Shown: piece after piece, positions 61,934-64,000 of the stretch
Layout of the letters: each line of letters opens with the position of its first letter
Position numbering within the stretch: the stretch's first letter is position 1
DNA from: an uncultured Nitrospiraceae bacterium
Lineage (GTDB): Bacteria; Nitrospirota; Nitrospiria; Nitrospirales; Nitrospiraceae
Assembly (NCBI GenBank): GCA_963846575.1
Contig: CAWJWJ010000002.1
Coordinates: 1,856,001-1,920,000, forward strand
Reading direction: 5' to 3'
Length of the DNA stretch: 64,000 nt
Notes under the pieces: model-generated
Seen by the model: the letters and a program-made list of their open reading frames with translations, nothing else
Database searches by the model: none
What the model was told of the DNA's origin: nothing
Translations under genes and position numbers: made by a program

Positions 61934-62978
61934 GCTGTGACACACCCGCGTCATCGAATGTCGCCATTTCGGTAAGAAGTTTGACGGACGCCTGCACCAG
62001 ACTCATACCCAGGCAGGCTCCCGTCCCTTCACCGAGCCGCAAGTCGAGATCGAACAACGGCTTGAGGTCGAGCTGCGCCAGGATGGCTTGATGGCCGCGC
62101 TCTACGGAGCGATGCGAGGCGAGGAAATAGTCACGACATCGGGGCTCCAAACCCACGGCGATCAACGCCGCGGCGCCGGCGATAAAACCATCTAACACGA
62201 CCGGCAGGCGCGCCGCGGCGGCGCCGAGCATGAGCCCCGCGAGGCCCGCGATCTCCAAGCCACCGACCTTGGCCAGCACCTCGAGGGCATCGGTGCGGCT
62301 CGGGCGGTGGCGATCGAGCGCCTGTTGGATGACAGACACTTTGTGCGCATGCACCGCGTCGTCAATTCCGGTGCCCCGCCCGGTTACCTCAGCCACCGGC
62401 CGGCCGGTCATCACCGCCGTGATGGCCGCGCTTGCCGTCGTGTTGCCGATGCCCATCTCACCGGTTCCGATCAGCCCGACGCCTTCCCGGGCCGCATCGG
62501 CGGCCAGATCGAGACCGACCTGCAAGGCCTCGATGGCCTGCGTACGGCTCATCGCCGGTTCGTGCAGCAAATTGTTCGTACCCGGCATGACCTTCTTCCG
62601 AATCAGCCCCGGGGCGACGTCGAACTCGTACGCCACACCGATATCGATCACGCGCACTTCGGCCCCCACATGACGCGCGAGCACATTCACCCCCGCTCCC
62701 CCGCGAAGAAAGTTCAGCACCATTTGAGGCGTGACCTCGGGCGGATACGCGCTCACACCTTCACCGGCCACGCCATGGTCGGCAGCGAAGGTAAAGACCA
62801 CCCCGCGCGGCAGGTTGGGTTTGGACTCACCCGTAATCGCGGCATACCAGACGGCCATTTCTTCCAATCGGCCCAGACTGCCCAGGGGTTTGGTCAACCG
62901 GTCGAGCCGAGCCTGCGCCGCCGCCGCTGCGTGATGATCCACCGGCCGGATGCGCGAGCCCACTTCATCGAACGTCAT
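61926..62978 (-). CDS. cobT: nicotinate-nucleotide-dimethylbenzimidazole phosphoribosyltransferase
   Basis: LTKP.GSLG.LE, GEMGIGNTT, RLGEGTGA. Confidence 0.95.
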   Translation of the reverse strand: MTFDEVGSRIRPVDHHAAAAAQARLDRLTKPLGSLGRLEEMAVWYAAITGESKPNLPRGVVFTFAADHGVAGEGVSAYPPEVTPQMVLNFLRGGAGVNVLARHVGAEVRVIDIGVAYEFDVAPGLIRKKVMPGTNNLLHEPAMSRTQAIEALQVGLDLAADAAREGVGLIGTGEMGIGNTTASAAITAVMTGRPVAEVTGRGTGIDDAVHAHKVSVIQQALDRHRPSRTDALEVLAKVGGLEIAGLAGLMLGAAAARLPVVLDGFIAGAAALIAVGLEPRCRDYFLASHRSVERGHQAILAQLDLKPLFDLDLRLGEGTGACLGMSLVQASVKLLTEMATFDDAGVSQRD

Positions 62979-62991
62979 CGACACCCCCCTT

Positions 62992-63528
62992 TCATTTCAG
63001 TCTGAGCGACTGCCCACTGATGACCAGATAGACCTCGTCCGCCGCGTGGGCAATCTGTTGATTCACCCGCCCTGCAACATCGCGGAACGCCCGCGCGCTA
63101 CGACTCGCCGGAACTAGCCCGAATCCCAATTCATTGCTCACCAGCAGGACCTTGGCCGGGACCGCGCGAATGGCCTGCAGCAGCTCGTCCACCCGTCGAG
63201 TCATATCGGCATGGGCGATGCGCCGTCCCCCGACATTACTGAGCCAGAGCGTCAGGCAATCCACGACAATCGTCCGGAAACTCTTGCCTTGAGACTGAAA
63301 CCAGTCGGCCAGTTCTCGCGGCACTTCCGCCGTCTGCCACTCGGCCGGACGCGTCGCGCGGTGCCGCGCGATGCGCACGGCCATTTCTCCGTCCAACGCC
63401 TCGCCGGTCGCCACAAACGCCTTCGGGCCGGTCGGTCCCGCCCGATCCAGCGCCGCCTGGCTCTTGCCGGAGGCCGCTCCGCCGAGCACCAGAATCAGCC
63501 GTGATCGACTGCTCGTCTTCCGTTTCAT
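62992..63528 (-). CDS. cobU: adenosylcobinamide kinase / guanylyltransferase
   Basis: GGAASGKS, VDCLTLW, VSNE.G.G, FRD..G.VNQ. Confidence 0.93.
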   Translation of the reverse strand: MKRKTSSRSRLILVLGGAASGKSQAALDRAGPTGPKAFVATGEALDGEMAVRIARHRATRPAEWQTAEVPRELADWFQSQGKSFRTIVVDCLTLWLSNVGGRRIAHADMTRRVDELLQAIRAVPAKVLLVSNELGFGLVPASRSARAFRDVAGRVNQQIAHAADEVYLVISGQSLRLK

Positions 63529-63532
63529 GAAG

Positions 63533-64000
63533 TCATTCGGCCGAGGCGCCGGATTCCCGTTCCCACAAAAACTCCGGTTCACCCTGTGTCTTCGCGACCC
63601 ATCGAGCCAACACGAACAAGGCATCGCTCAGCCGGTTGAGATATTTGTTGAGTTCCAGGTCGACAGGCTCTTCGCGCGTCAACCGGATACAGATCCGCTC
63701 GGCCCGGCGGCAGATGGTTCGCGCCTGATGGAGCGTCGCCGAGACCTTGCCTCCCCCGGGAAGAATGAACTCTTTCAGCGGGGTGAGGTCTTCCTGACAG
63801 CGGTCGATCATATGTTCGAGCCTGGTCACATCCTTGCCCGTGACCGTCGGCATGTTTTTGAATGTCTGCCCCGGCGACGTCGCCAGAATGCTGCCGACGT
63901 CGAACAGTTTGTTCTGGACCCAGCGCAGATCCGCCTCCAGTTGAGTCGAGGCGGGAGACGTCGTGCCGGCGTCGGCATTCATCGCCCGGACCAGCCCGAT
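63533..64000 (-). CDS. PduO-type ATP:cob(I)alamin adenosyltransferase (5' part outside the window)
   Basis: QN.LFD.G, FILPGG, RTICRRAER, YLNRLSD.LF. Confidence 0.9.
   Translation of the reverse strand: MGLVRAMNADAGTTSPASTQLEADLRWVQNKLFDVGSILATSPGQTFKNMPTVTGKDVTRLEHMIDRCQEDLTPLKEFILPGGGKVSATLHQARTICRRAERICIRLTREEPVDLELNKYLNRLSDALFVLARWVAKTQGEPEFLWERESGASAE

Overview
This is a GC-rich bacterial window. Gene style and content suggest Nitrospira/Nitrospirota, which is an inference. The left ~30 kb is an accessory mosaic containing: an egtB-like/egtD/osmolyte-type ABC transporter operon; a decayed toxin-antitoxin pair; a GH15 glycosidase; a MazG-like gene plus a diverged 3' fragment; an AT-richer island with an OLD-type ATPase-TOPRIM gene between stubs of type I R-M genes; an aceE-aceF-lpdA-lplA operon; and a WYL regulator next to a TM0106-type nuclease-helicase. 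The right ~34 kb looks like core genome: FAD/Fe-S dehydrogenase with a diheme cytochrome and a ThiS-like protein, a TPR protein, a cold-shock protein, lptFG, fabF-ACP-lpxD, a Chp/Pil-type chemosensory cluster with an HD-GYP output, and late cobalamin genes. The most notable signals are: (1) a promoter element CCGTGACC-N4-ATGTCACG-N6-TGG-TA-N3-T found twice 13.7 kb apart, with PafBC/DriD-like geometry, which suggests a WYL-controlled regulon; (2) three same-orientation copies of GATTGCAAGACCTGACCC at module junctions; (3) a His-less Hpt-like domain present both standalone and fused to a degenerate HD-GYP; (4) ergothioneine-type synthesis genes translationally coupled to an ABC importer. No tRNA, rRNA, CRISPR array or intact transposase/integrase was seen. 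All family assignments come from motif recognition, not database searches.
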